The notes under the pieces were generated by a model. The model ran no database searches and had not been told where the DNA came from. It saw nothing but the letters and a program-made list of their open reading frames with translations. This document shows, in pieces, positions 41,302-51,267 of a stretch of 64,000 nt of DNA. Numbering within the stretch: the stretch's first letter is position 1; each line of letters starts with the position of its first letter. This DNA comes from Geopsychrobacteraceae bacterium. GTDB lineage: Bacteria; Desulfobacterota; Desulfuromonadia; Desulfuromonadales; Geopsychrobacteraceae. The position numbers and the translations under genes were made by a program. The DNA is taken from positions 2,944,001-3,008,000 of the forward strand of contig OY759353.1 in the NCBI GenBank assembly GCA_963662315.1, given 5' to 3'.

Positions 41302-41726
41302 TGGACAATAAATCTTCTTGGATTGAACGTTCTCTTGCCCCCGCGATGGGGGAGACAACCCTCTTATTACTGTTTTTCGACAAAGATGAGAAGGAGACCT
41401 CAATGCAAAAAGGTTCAGACATTTTTTTATAGAAAACAAAATCTGCTCTGACACGCAATCTTAGATAAAATATCTCCTTCCATTGCAGACACAGATTTCA
41501 AAACTATTAAAAAATTTAAAATCGTCTGATGCCGCCGATTTTAAAAAGATTTCTGTATTTGTCAAACAAATATAAGTTTACTTTATCCCTGCCACTTCAT
41601 ATTATTAATCGGGTTCTATGAGATATTATTCAAATATTTGAAAATCTGGTGGAAAACGCAGAAAGATACCCTGGCTATTGACACCCTTAACAGGTTGTTG
41701 ACTTAAAATATTATAAGGAAAAACTA

Positions 41727-42494
41727 TTGAGTATCGAGATAAAACCGTTGGTTACGGAAAGTCTTGCCACACAAATAGCAGAAAGTCTCCGTGAAGCGAT
41801 TCTCAATGGGACACTAAAGATTGATGAACAATTACCGACAGAAAATGAACTCGCTGCAAAATATAATGTCTCTCGGCCGACAATTAGGGAAGCCTTCAAG
41901 CGACTAGCTGCTCAAAATCTGGTACGTTCCCGTCGAGGTCCTTCGGGCGGCACCTTTGTTTGCCATCCGAGCAATGAAGATCTCAGCTCTTCAGTAACGG
42001 CTGCGGTTATGATGCTGGTCAATACGGGTGAGTTCAGTCTAACCAACATTGCTGAGTCACGTCGGGAACTAGAAAAAATCTGCTGTCGACTGGCTGCGAC
42101 CAACAGAGACGATCAGAATCTTTCACAACTAGCGACCGAACTTAGAATTCAGAAGTCGCCAGAGCTAAATGACGAAGAATTCTGTGCATCAGATGTCCGG
42201 TTTCATCGGGCAATAGTTGATGCAACCCAGAATCCGGTCATCGCGTTTATGATGTTTGCCATCATCGAAGCGTTGCAACCGGCAACTAACTTAATAATTT
42301 TTCGTTTTCGTAAACGAGAAACCATTATTGATCAGCATCAGCAAATTTACGAGGCGATTTGCAACAAAGATGCGAGAGCTGCTGAACAGGCTTTTTCCGA
42401 ACAAATGGATTACTTATGCGAGCAGTATCGTCAAGCTCAAGAATGGCGCGAGCGGTGCGATAAAGAGAACGCAATTAAAGTTCAAAAGATTTAA
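41727..42494 (+). CDS. FadR/GntR family regulator (possibly DmdR-like)
   Basis: LPTENELAAKYNVSRPTIREA HTH; FCD domain with FCASDVRFH. Confidence 0.88.
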   Translation: MSIEIKPLVTESLATQIAESLREAILNGTLKIDEQLPTENELAAKYNVSRPTIREAFKRLAAQNLVRSRRGPSGGTFVCHPSNEDLSSSVTAAVMMLVNTGEFSLTNIAESRRELEKICCRLAATNRDDQNLSQLATELRIQKSPELNDEEFCASDVRFHRAIVDATQNPVIAFMMFAIIEALQPATNLIIFRFRKRETIIDQHQQIYEAICNKDARAAEQAFSEQMDYLCEQYRQAQEWRERCDKENAIKVQKI

Positions 42495-42558
42495 AAAGAA
42501 CAATTAGTTACATCTTGATAGATCAATAGAAAGCATACAAATCTTTAAGGTATTTGTA

Positions 42559-44259
42559 ATGATTCATGATTTGATCAAACAACTTGATGGTCAATTGGAA
42601 CAATTTTTGGCGCGTTGGTCATTTTTTTTGAAAACAAATGGTATCTCTGATCTTGTTTTCTGGACGCGTCATGAATCAATCGAAGCCTTTTATATAATTC
42701 TAAAGGACTTCAAAAAGATTGCCCACGTCGACCATACATCCTCACTTTCCTGCTTCCAGGAGCATTTAGCTTCAGCTATTCAATTTTTCATCCAAAAATC
42801 ACGAAAGCAATGCACTTACGGCGCTACACCAGAAATGATTTTGCTGGGATTCAAATCGATGCAAATGGCCTTTGAAGATCTCTTTGAGAAAAGCGTTTTA
42901 CTGACCAATAGCAATATGAAATATCATCTTTTATTTCGAAGATTTTTTGATGCTATTGAACTGAGTCTAACAGCAGATTTAGGAAAAGCAGACGTTGACA
43001 CATCACTGAGTGAAATCAAACAAATAAACAGGCTTCTGGCTCAGGAAAAGCATAACTACGAAAGTATATTTGAGTTAACCTCAAATTTGGTCCTGATCGT
43101 TGATGACGACTATATTGTCAAAACCACTAACCCTGCCACCAGATCCTGTTTCGTAAACATTAATCCCGAAGGACTCCACTGCGCAGACCTTTTGGGCCTG
43201 CCCGAGTTGAAGCAAAATAAAGTTTCAGATCAAATTGAGTATTTAAAAAATACCGAACTCACTATCGAGATCACAGGCATTAAACGAACCTTTAATTTAC
43301 AAATTAAACCATTGAGAAATGTTTCCGTATCGCTGTGCGGAGCAATTCTCATTTTAACAGATATTACCTGCATGGTTGATCATCAACACCTGCTCGAACA
43401 GAAAATAGCAGAACGAACACGCGCTCTATCAAATTCTGAAAAAATGCTTGATTCTATTTTTCAGTCCGTTGGCAAGGGTATTTTATTAATAGACAAGGAT
43501 TTCGAAATTATAGAAGCCAACTACCAAGCGAGTGAGATGTATGGAATCCCGCTAGAAATTCTTGTTGGTAGCAGACTTTCATCACTGGTCGACGATAATG
43601 GGTTATTTTATATCAATAATGGTTTCCAAACTCTTCTTGAGGGGCAGAAAAAAACAATTGAAGCAACGAGCAGGTATGTTGATGGTAGAATTTTCCCAAC
43701 ACACATGGTTATGACATGTATGGTACTGAACGAACAGCGCTTCTGGCCAATCATAGCCAGCGATATTTCCGAACAGTTAGCCCTGGAAAACGGTTTAAGA
43801 GAGGAAAAGAAACAAACCGAGGAAATGAATGTTACTTTAAGAAATGTTTTAAACAGTATTGAAGACGACCGGAAAAATAACGAGCGCCAATTGTCAAAAT
43901 GGGTACGCTCATCTATTTTGCCTGGATTGGAAAAAATTCGTCATGAAAAGAATTACGAAGTCCGCTCAAGTTATCTGAATATTCTTATGGATGATATCCT
44001 GACTTATTCTTCCGGAGCGGAAAATAAGCTAGACGGCGATCTCCTCAAACTGAGTAAAACTGAACTCAAAATTTGCCGTTTTATAAAATCCGGCCAGTCT
44101 GGTAAAGAAATCAGTGAAGCGATGAATTTAAGCTTTGAAACAATTCAAACTCACCGGAAAAACATACGAAAAAAACTTGGATTAAGCGGAAAAACAGTCA
44201 ATTTGCATGCCTTTTTGGTTAATCGTAATATCGACTGGGGCGGAATTGGTGTTGAGTAA
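42559..44259 (+). CDS. PAS-PAS-LuxR one-component regulator
   Basis: Two PAS-like segments; C-terminal LSKTELKIC..KEISEAMNLSFETIQTHRKNIRKKL. Confidence 0.85.
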   Translation: MIHDLIKQLDGQLEQFLARWSFFLKTNGISDLVFWTRHESIEAFYIILKDFKKIAHVDHTSSLSCFQEHLASAIQFFIQKSRKQCTYGATPEMILLGFKSMQMAFEDLFEKSVLLTNSNMKYHLLFRRFFDAIELSLTADLGKADVDTSLSEIKQINRLLAQEKHNYESIFELTSNLVLIVDDDYIVKTTNPATRSCFVNINPEGLHCADLLGLPELKQNKVSDQIEYLKNTELTIEITGIKRTFNLQIKPLRNVSVSLCGAILILTDITCMVDHQHLLEQKIAERTRALSNSEKMLDSIFQSVGKGILLIDKDFEIIEANYQASEMYGIPLEILVGSRLSSLVDDNGLFYINNGFQTLLEGQKKTIEATSRYVDGRIFPTHMVMTCMVLNEQRFWPIIASDISEQLALENGLREEKKQTEEMNVTLRNVLNSIEDDRKNNERQLSKWVRSSILPGLEKIRHEKNYEVRSSYLNILMDDILTYSSGAENKLDGDLLKLSKTELKICRFIKSGQSGKEISEAMNLSFETIQTHRKNIRKKLGLSGKTVNLHAFLVNRNIDWGGIGVE

Positions 44260-44287
44260 GGTTTCTGATTGTGAAAGTTGATAACAG

Positions 44288-45697
44288 ATGAATAACCAAC
44301 AAATATGGGATGAAGAGTATGATGTCGTTGTCATTGGCTCAGGATTTGCCGGCCTAGCTGCCGCGATTGAAGCCAAACAGGCTGGAGCCAGGGTCATTAT
44401 CATTGAAAAGATGGGTGTACCCGGAGGTAATTCTGCTATTAACGGCGGGCTTCTCGCTGTTGCAGGTTCCCCTTTACAAAGCCAAATGGGGATAAGTGAT
44501 TCACCCACCCAGTTGCTTGCTGATATGAAAAAAGCTGGAATGGATCTGAACTATCCCGATCTCGCCCGAATAGTCGCTGATAAGTCTCTTGAGATTCTAA
44601 ATTGGACTCAGGATTTCCTTGGCGTCAAATATCGTGACACCTTGAGCCATCTTGGCGGGCACTCAGTTCCGCGCACTTATATTACGTCTAATGGCAATGG
44701 CTCAGGAATTCTCCAGCCAATGCTGGCTAAATGTCGTGAATTGGAAATTCCTCTACTATTAAAAACCATTTGCACTAAAATTTTAAAAAATTCCCCTCAC
44801 CAAGTTGAGGGGATTGTTGTCCACAAAAATTATTTATTCCCGCAAAAAGGTAGTGGCGAATCAAGGCGCATTCGTAGTCATCGTGGCGTCATTCTTGCCA
44901 GTGGTGGTTTTGGTAGAGATATCGAGTTCAGGACAACACAAGATCCTCGCCTTATTGAGTCAATAGACAGCACCAACCACTTGGGAGCAACAGCGGATGG
45001 GCTCATCGCAGCCTTACAAGCAGGTGCGACTCCTGTACATTTATCATGGATTCAACTGGGACCATGGGCCTCATTTGATGAAAAAGGCTGGGGCGTTGGT
45101 TCTATGTTTACCCTGCTTGCCGGATTCCCCTACGGCATTATGGTGGATGCGAATACAGGAAAACGCTTCGTCAATGAGTCCTCTGATCGAAAATTGCGTA
45201 CTGATGCAATGCTGGAACGCTCACGTATTCCTGTCGCTATCCTTGATAGTGAAGGCGTGAAACATGCAACAACATTAGATAGCTGCCTTAAAAAAGGCAT
45301 TGTTAAAGCATTTGATTCAATTGAGAGTTTGGCAATAGCTTATCAAATTCCACTGGTAGCATTAAAAGAAACTTTAGAAAAATACCATCTATCCCTGATG
45401 TATGGTCGTGATACAGAGTTTGGCAAATTATTAACATCTGAGTGCAGACCAATAGAACAGCCTCCTTTTTACACTATTCGTCTGCTCCCAAAGGTTCATC
45501 ACTGTATGGGTGGGGTGCAAATTAATAAATTTGCCCAAGTCATCGGACTGGAAAATCACAAGCCCATTCCTGGATTTTATGCTGCGGGTGAAGCTGTCGG
45601 TGGAATTCATGGCGCCTCTCGTCTGGGAAGTACTTCAATTGTTGATTGTTTAGCTTTTGGACGTATTGCCGGACAACATGCGGCTTTAAACCGTTAA
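44288..45697 (+). CDS. Flavocytochrome c flavin subunit paralog lacking a signal peptide
   Basis: DVVVIGSGFAG, GGNS, GGHSVPR, GPWAS, KVHHCMGG, GASRLG. Confidence 0.85.
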   Translation: MNNQQIWDEEYDVVVIGSGFAGLAAAIEAKQAGARVIIIEKMGVPGGNSAINGGLLAVAGSPLQSQMGISDSPTQLLADMKKAGMDLNYPDLARIVADKSLEILNWTQDFLGVKYRDTLSHLGGHSVPRTYITSNGNGSGILQPMLAKCRELEIPLLLKTICTKILKNSPHQVEGIVVHKNYLFPQKGSGESRRIRSHRGVILASGGFGRDIEFRTTQDPRLIESIDSTNHLGATADGLIAALQAGATPVHLSWIQLGPWASFDEKGWGVGSMFTLLAGFPYGIMVDANTGKRFVNESSDRKLRTDAMLERSRIPVAILDSEGVKHATTLDSCLKKGIVKAFDSIESLAIAYQIPLVALKETLEKYHLSLMYGRDTEFGKLLTSECRPIEQPPFYTIRLLPKVHHCMGGVQINKFAQVIGLENHKPIPGFYAAGEAVGGIHGASRLGSTSIVDCLAFGRIAGQHAALNR

Positions 45698-45864
45698 ATT
45701 TGTATTCTTCATATTTTGACGGCAAAAAAATAACTTTACCGTTTTTGTCACCTTGTGCAGCAAGAGTATCGGGTATGCTCTTTTACCCGATAAAACCCCG
45801 ATTGGTCCCCTACCTGTTTTGTCGACTCGATGCTAAGCTCCCGAAAAACAAGAGGTCTTCTCAT

Positions 45865-45921
45865 GTCATAATCTGACCGAATATCAATTCATAAATTCTG
45901 TCACTGTGGTCTGATTCTGAC
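45865..45921 (+). promoter_or_regulatory. Paired palindromic operators (GTCAGA-N-TCTGAC)
   Basis: GTCATAATCTGAC (45865-45877) and GTCTGATTCTGAC (45909-45921), each 1 mismatch from the palindrome, starts 44 bp apart. Confidence 0.55.
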
Positions 45922-45963
45922 GCTGGAGTAGGTTGTAACTAAGACACGATACGGGAGGTAAGA

Positions 45964-47496
45964 ATGAAAGAGCCGAAGGAAGGTCATCAAACAGATCGTC
46001 GTAAATTTCTGGCTGGAATGGGAATTGCCGGTGCTGCAGTAGGACTCGCTGCCCCATCCATTGCCTTGGGGGCTGCTAAATCTGGCACCCAATGGGACCA
46101 GGAGCATGAAGTTGTCATAATTGGCTCAGGTTTTGCGGGACTCGCTGCCGCAATTCAAGCTAAGCGTCTAGGCGCTAAAGACGTTGTTATCTTTGAAAAA
46201 ATGGCTGTATTCGGTGGGAACTCTGCCTACAATGGCGGCCTTTTTGCGGTTCCAAATTCTCCTTTACAAAAAAAAGAGGGGGTTAAAGATTCTCCAGAGC
46301 AAATGGTTGCAGATCAGCTTAAAGCTGGTCGCGGCATTGCTTACCAAGACCTGCTCTTGCATGTTGCCCAAAATGCCAGCAAGGCTCTGCAGATGACATT
46401 GGATGCGGGCTCACAATATTTCCCTTATCTGCAGCAACTTGGTGGCCACTCTGTGCCCCGCACCTATCAGACTGTTGAGGCAGTCGGCGCAGGAATTACC
46501 CAGCCCCTGCTGAACGAATGTAAAAAGCTTGGGGTTCGACTGGTCAATCGGGCCAAATTCGACAGCCTCATTTTCGATGACAACGGTAAAGTTGTCGGTG
46601 CCAAGATTTATCAAGGTTACTACTTTGGCCGTGGCAAAGAAGGCAATCCGATCAATGTTCGTTCCGCACGCGGCCTTCTTATCGCCACCGGCGGTTTTGC
46701 TCGGAATGTTGGCTTGCGTTCAGCCCAGGATCCGACACTGACTGCTGAAGTCCCTTCAACCAACCCACCGAATGCAACAGGTGAAGCGTTGCTGGAAATG
46801 TTCCGTGCAGGGGCGGTACCAGTTCACATGGCTCACATTCAGACCGGGCCTTGGGCTTCTCCGGATGAAGATGGTTTCGGTTATGTTTCCAACTATTCTA
46901 TCTACAACTTTGCTCACTCAATTTCGGTTTACCCCAAAACCGGCCGTCGTTTCATGAATGAAATCGCCGACCGTAAAACACGTTCAGATGCTCAATTGCA
47001 GTGCCGTGACGACAACGGAAAACCACTTCCGCCAGTTACAATCACGAGCTACGAACATGCCAAAGAGCACCCCACGATGAAAAAAGTTCTCAAGTATGGG
47101 GTTGGTTGGAAATTCGATACATTGGAAGACCTGGCAAAACATTTCAACATTCCCCTTGGGCCGCTTAAAAAGCAAATTGATGAATATAATGATTATGTGA
47201 AGGCCGGAGTGGACAAACAGTTTGGCAAGCCGATGGAAAAGGCCAAAGGTAAATACCTTAAAGCCCCATTCGTTACCGTACGCAACTGGCCAAAGGTCCA
47301 CTATTGTCAAGGCGGAGCCCAAATCGATGTCCAAGCTCGCGTTATCGACTCAACCACCTGGAAACCAATTCCTGGCTTGTATGCTGCCGGGGAAGTTACA
47401 GGAGGAATGCATGGTATTAGCCGTTTAGGAAGTTGTTCCATCCCAGATTGTATGGTCATGGGAATGACTGCCGCTGAATCAATGATGAAGTCATAA
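45964..47496 (+). CDS. Tat-exported flavocytochrome c flavin subunit, probable acrylate reductase (ArdA/Mrd-like)
   Basis: DRRKFLAG Tat signal; FAD motifs; KVHYCQGG, GISRLGS; adjacent to a tetraheme cytochrome and dddY. Confidence 0.8.
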   Translation: MKEPKEGHQTDRRKFLAGMGIAGAAVGLAAPSIALGAAKSGTQWDQEHEVVIIGSGFAGLAAAIQAKRLGAKDVVIFEKMAVFGGNSAYNGGLFAVPNSPLQKKEGVKDSPEQMVADQLKAGRGIAYQDLLLHVAQNASKALQMTLDAGSQYFPYLQQLGGHSVPRTYQTVEAVGAGITQPLLNECKKLGVRLVNRAKFDSLIFDDNGKVVGAKIYQGYYFGRGKEGNPINVRSARGLLIATGGFARNVGLRSAQDPTLTAEVPSTNPPNATGEALLEMFRAGAVPVHMAHIQTGPWASPDEDGFGYVSNYSIYNFAHSISVYPKTGRRFMNEIADRKTRSDAQLQCRDDNGKPLPPVTITSYEHAKEHPTMKKVLKYGVGWKFDTLEDLAKHFNIPLGPLKKQIDEYNDYVKAGVDKQFGKPMEKAKGKYLKAPFVTVRNWPKVHYCQGGAQIDVQARVIDSTTWKPIPGLYAAGEVTGGMHGISRLGSCSIPDCMVMGMTAAESMMKS

Positions 47497-47512
47497 GAAT
47501 AAAGGAGTCGAT

Positions 47513-47902
47513 ATGAAAACGTTCAGCAAAGGTATATTGCTTGCTATTGTCATGATGTTTGTCGCATCAAGCGGCTTTGCTACCGAAACACTGAAGCAAT
47601 TCGATGGCATCAAAGGCCGTACTTACCATAGTGATTTTTATAATGAGAAAGCCTGTGACAGTTGTCATAGCAGCAAAGCGCCACTGTCTTTACCAGCAGA
47701 TGACGCCTGCGTGTCTTGTCATGATTTAAAGGAGCTGATTGACTCAACATCTCGCCCCGAAGATGAAAAGTGGCAAAATCCCCACAACAATATGCATTAC
47801 GGAAAAGATGTCCCATGTATGGAATGTCATGGAGAGCACGAATCACGTAAGCCTCTGTGTCAAGGGTGCCATTCTTTCAAATATACAAAATTTAATCAGT
47901 AA
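47513..47902 (+). CDS. Periplasmic tetraheme cytochrome c (ArdB/Mcc-like)
   Basis: Sec signal; four CxxCH motifs (CDSCH, CVSCH, CMECH, CQGCH); NPH motif. Confidence 0.9.
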   Translation: MKTFSKGILLAIVMMFVASSGFATETLKQFDGIKGRTYHSDFYNEKACDSCHSSKAPLSLPADDACVSCHDLKELIDSTSRPEDEKWQNPHNNMHYGKDVPCMECHGEHESRKPLCQGCHSFKYTKFNQ

Positions 47903-47916
47903 AATTGCTATTCCGT

Positions 47917-47947
47917 GGCCCGGCAGATATTGCCGGGCATTTTTTTT
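47917..47947 (+). terminator. Terminator-like hairpin after the cytochrome gene
   Basis: GCCCGGCA-GATAT-TGCCGGGC followed by a T tract. Confidence 0.65.
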
Positions 47948-47994
47948 AGGCAAGGAGTAATGAATGTTTGGTTTAGGCACGCAAGAACTACTTA

Positions 47995-49514
47995 GTCGTC
48001 CCTGAAAAAATATAACTATCTGCAATTATTGATTAAAATTGCAGCGTAAAATTGTTAAAATCACCAGAAATAGTACTTCAGCCCTTAAAACGTGGTGATT
48101 TTATGAAGCCAAAAGATACGCAGAATGAGCAATCAGATCTGTTTCGTGCCCGGCTTGATCAGATCCTGAACCGCGAACATCCCCTGTTTGTTCTGGCCAA
48201 CCAGGTTGATTGGTCGGTCTTTGATGAAAAGTTTGGAACCCTCTACTCCGAAAGGGGGCGTCCTGGCAAACCAACACGGCTCATGGTGGGCTTGCATTAT
48301 CTCAAGCACGCTTATGATGAAAGCGATGAATCCGTGGTCGCACGCCTTTTGGAGAATGGCTATTGGCAGTATTTTTGTGGTTTTGAGTACTTCATTCATC
48401 AACTGCCGGTCGATCCGACCTCAATGACGCGTTGGCGCAAACGGATTGGCCCGAAGAACATGGAGCAACTCCTCAGAGAGACACTGGCAACAGCAAAGCG
48501 GGAAGAGCATTTAACGAGCAGCACATGGAACGGGTCAATGTTGATACGACCGTTCAGGAAAAAGCGATTGCCTTTCCAACAGATTCCCGGTTGTACCACA
48601 AGGCCAGAGTCCTGTTAGTCAAAGCTGCTAAGAAACGGAATATTCCCCTGCGCCAGAGTTATGTGCGTCTGGGGAAAAGAGCCCTGATCATGAATGGTCG
48701 CTATGCCCATGCCCGACAGATGAGGCGAGCCAAGAAAGAACAGAAGAAGCTCAAAAACTATCTGGGACGCGTTTATCGCAATATATTGCGGAATTGTCCC
48801 GAGCCAGATGAAGAACTCTCCATTCTTCTGACTAAAGCCAGGCGGATTTTGTTACAGCAGCGTAGCGACAAAAATAAGCTGTACAGCCTGCATGCCCCGG
48901 AAGTGGAATGTATTGCCAAAGGCAAAGCGCATAAAAAATACGAGTTCGGCTGCAAGGTTTCCGTGGTAACGACCTCCGAAGACAACTGGATTGTCGGTGT
49001 CGAAGCTCTGCATGACAATCCATTTGACGGGCACACCCTGAAGGGAGCCCTCAAGCAAATGAAACGGGTTGTTGGCTGGAATGCTCAAAGTGCCTATGTC
49101 GACAAAGGTTACAAAGGGAATCCGAAGAAGCTGGGGGATACCACCATTCATCTGGCAAACCGGAGCAAAAAGAGCATGAAGCCAAGCGAATGGCGCTGGT
49201 TTAAACGACGAAACGCTATTGAGCCGGTGATAGGTCACATGAAGAACGACAACCGGATGGATCGTAATTATCTCAGTGGGACCGACGGCGACAAGATGAA
49301 TGCTATCCTGGCGGCTTGCGGGTTCAACTTAAGAAAGCTCTTACGGGCTATCTTTTGGCTAATTGTCAAAGAACTTGAGCGGCACAAACTGATAAGTTTT
49401 GGCCAGATGTGCCGCACTTGGTTTCTGATCTTTTCGTGTGAACATTTAACTCCGAATTCGGCGCCCTCAATTTAAGTTCGCCTGAGAGCCGATTTCGATT
49501 TTTTCAGGACCGAC
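47995..49514 (+). mobile_element. IS5-family insertion sequence, about 1.52 kb
   Basis: TIRs GTCGTCCCTGAAAAA / TTTTTCAGGACCGAC; flanking direct repeat TACTTA (47989-47994, 49515-49520). Confidence 0.9.
48103..49475 (+). pseudogene. IS5-family DDE transposase, frameshifted near 48512
   Basis: N-terminal part (GRPGKPTRLMVGL..YWQYFCG) and C-terminal part (VDTTVQEK, YEFGCK, VDKGYKG, RNAIEPVIGHMK) are in different frames. Confidence 0.85.
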
Positions 49515-49743
49515 TACTTATTATTCTCGCGCTGGTGATGATTATCTTCGGTGCTGGAAAACTCCCCCAGATTGGGACAGCCATGGGACAGGGACTGAAA
49601 AATTTCAAGACCGGAATCAAAGAAGCTGAAACAGAAATCGAAGACCTGGAGCCCCCTCAGGCATAGGCTTTTTTTTTAACAGCAGTAACAAGAAATTACC
49701 GAATCCAATGCTGAGTCTATACTGTCCTAATAAAAGGAGATCC

Positions 49744-51039
49744 ATGGACATGAACATTCACAAGCGTAATAGTTATTTTTATCCAAAAGTTCAGTTACAA
49801 CTTTTTCTTATTTTTCTATTATTTGTGATGCCAGCAAGTCTTTTCGCGGCTGAAATTCCTGACTTCCTAGATAAAAACGATATTGTCGACGCAGAGTTCA
49901 AATGCCTGCAACAACCAGTCAGTTACTCTGTTGAAGATCAAAAATATGTCGACATCCTTTGGAACGAAACTCTTACATATTTAAGCGCTTATGCCCAGGC
50001 TCTGACCAATGATGCCCAAACTGATTGTCTTAATTCCGACAGTACAGTTTATGAGACCGCAGGCGGCGTCAAACGCATGTGCATTATGGACCGCCGAGAT
50101 ATGAAGAATATGGTTAAAAATATCTATCAGGTTGTCAATAATCCAGAAAAGGCTAAAAAATGTTTCAGTGCCCGTGAAGACGTCGACTGGATTTACAGCC
50201 CTGGCGGCGAACTAGAACAAAACTCTCCCGTTGCTAAGTGGCTAAAACGCACGACTTTCAAAGAGTTTTTTGACAATAAAGTCACTAATCCGGAAGTCAC
50301 AGCATACGGCAAAAAATTCACCAAAAATTTCTACAAAATGGTGACCGGTCCGGACATCAAAATGCCTGACAGCTTCCCTTACGACATCAGCGCTAATTCG
50401 TTACCCAACCTCTGGGCATCCGTAGGCTGGTTTCCAATGTACGCAGAAGATAGCCAGCGTAATAAAAGAAACTTCACGAATATCCGTGGCGGCTATGCCT
50501 ATGCCGAGGTATTCGGACACTGGGGATTACTTCGCATAGATGAAATTAATGGTGTCAAAGTTGGTGCCGAAGTTGGCATGGTGACCCAATCTGTAGATAC
50601 CTTTTATCCTTATCACAATCATGCGATTTCTGAAATTTATTACACCATGAGACAGCCTGCCTGTGTGAACCAATTCAAAAACTTTGCGATTCGTGAAGAT
50701 AATGTCTTGATCAAGCAAGTAGGGGAAAATGAGAAAGTTCGAGTGGTTAATTTCGACACTGGAATGATGAATGAACATAAAATGTGGAGTGCAACATCAC
50801 CTCAACAAGACCCCCTGATTTACTTTCATGAAAACACGATCCATGCTTTCGACATTGACGGAAGCTGCGAGGCACAGCCTGAAGAGAAAGCAATGGTAAC
50901 GGTGTGGGCCCGGAGTAATGCCGATGACAGACGTAATGACTACGGAACCACTATTCTTTGCGAATCAAAAGACCATCCAGATACTCCTGCAAAACGCGGG
51001 GAAGTTATTGAATGTGATCTGACAAAGATGAAGTGGTAA
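49744..51039 (+). CDS. dddY: Periplasmic DMSP lyase DddY
   Basis: Sec signal ending ASLFA; cupin motif YPYHNHAISEIYY and a downstream ENTIHAF; about 400-aa Cys-rich mature protein. Confidence 0.85.
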   Translation: MDMNIHKRNSYFYPKVQLQLFLIFLLFVMPASLFAAEIPDFLDKNDIVDAEFKCLQQPVSYSVEDQKYVDILWNETLTYLSAYAQALTNDAQTDCLNSDSTVYETAGGVKRMCIMDRRDMKNMVKNIYQVVNNPEKAKKCFSAREDVDWIYSPGGELEQNSPVAKWLKRTTFKEFFDNKVTNPEVTAYGKKFTKNFYKMVTGPDIKMPDSFPYDISANSLPNLWASVGWFPMYAEDSQRNKRNFTNIRGGYAYAEVFGHWGLLRIDEINGVKVGAEVGMVTQSVDTFYPYHNHAISEIYYTMRQPACVNQFKNFAIREDNVLIKQVGENEKVRVVNFDTGMMNEHKMWSATSPQQDPLIYFHENTIHAFDIDGSCEAQPEEKAMVTVWARSNADDRRNDYGTTILCESKDHPDTPAKRGEVIECDLTKMKW

Positions 51040-51057
51040 AGACTCATGGGTTAATTT

Positions 51058-51119
51058 AAGCTTTCAACATGATATGTCCATAACATTCATAAGTTGTCGG
51101 AAAATCATGTTGAAAGCTT
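51058..51119. terminator. Long inverted repeat between convergent dddY and prc
   Basis: AAGCTTTCAACATGAT / ATCATGTTGAAAGCTT, perfect 16-bp arms. Confidence 0.65.
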
Positions 51120-51267
51120 TTTCAGGAAACTCAAAAACATTACCCTGCTTGGCCATTACCTCATAACTTCGCTGGTGTCGTTCATTCAAAACCCAGCCTC
51201 TTAGGTTTTCTGCTTTTTGGGTAATCCGCCCCAAAATTTTCAATTTTTGCTGAACCTTGCACCTGAA

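Larger units (their letters stand above)
47964..49666 (+). pseudogene. tatA: tatA interrupted by an IS
   Basis: Removing 47995-49520 restores MFGLGTQELLIILALVMIIFGAGKLPQIGTAMGQGLKNFKTGIKEAETEIEDLEPPQA*; AAGGAG RBS. Confidence 0.92.

Noticed and set aside
41301..41432. 43-aa ORF and CCCCC-GCGAT-GGGGG hairpin as a riboswitch or leader
   Set aside because: No riboswitch consensus that I recognise; the ORF is featureless.
44288..47496. Calling the flavoproteins fumarate reductase or urocanate reductase
   Set aside because: No fused heme or FMN-binding domain; a GPWAS segment occupies the region where Fcc3 has its substrate-binding His; the dddY context favours acrylate.
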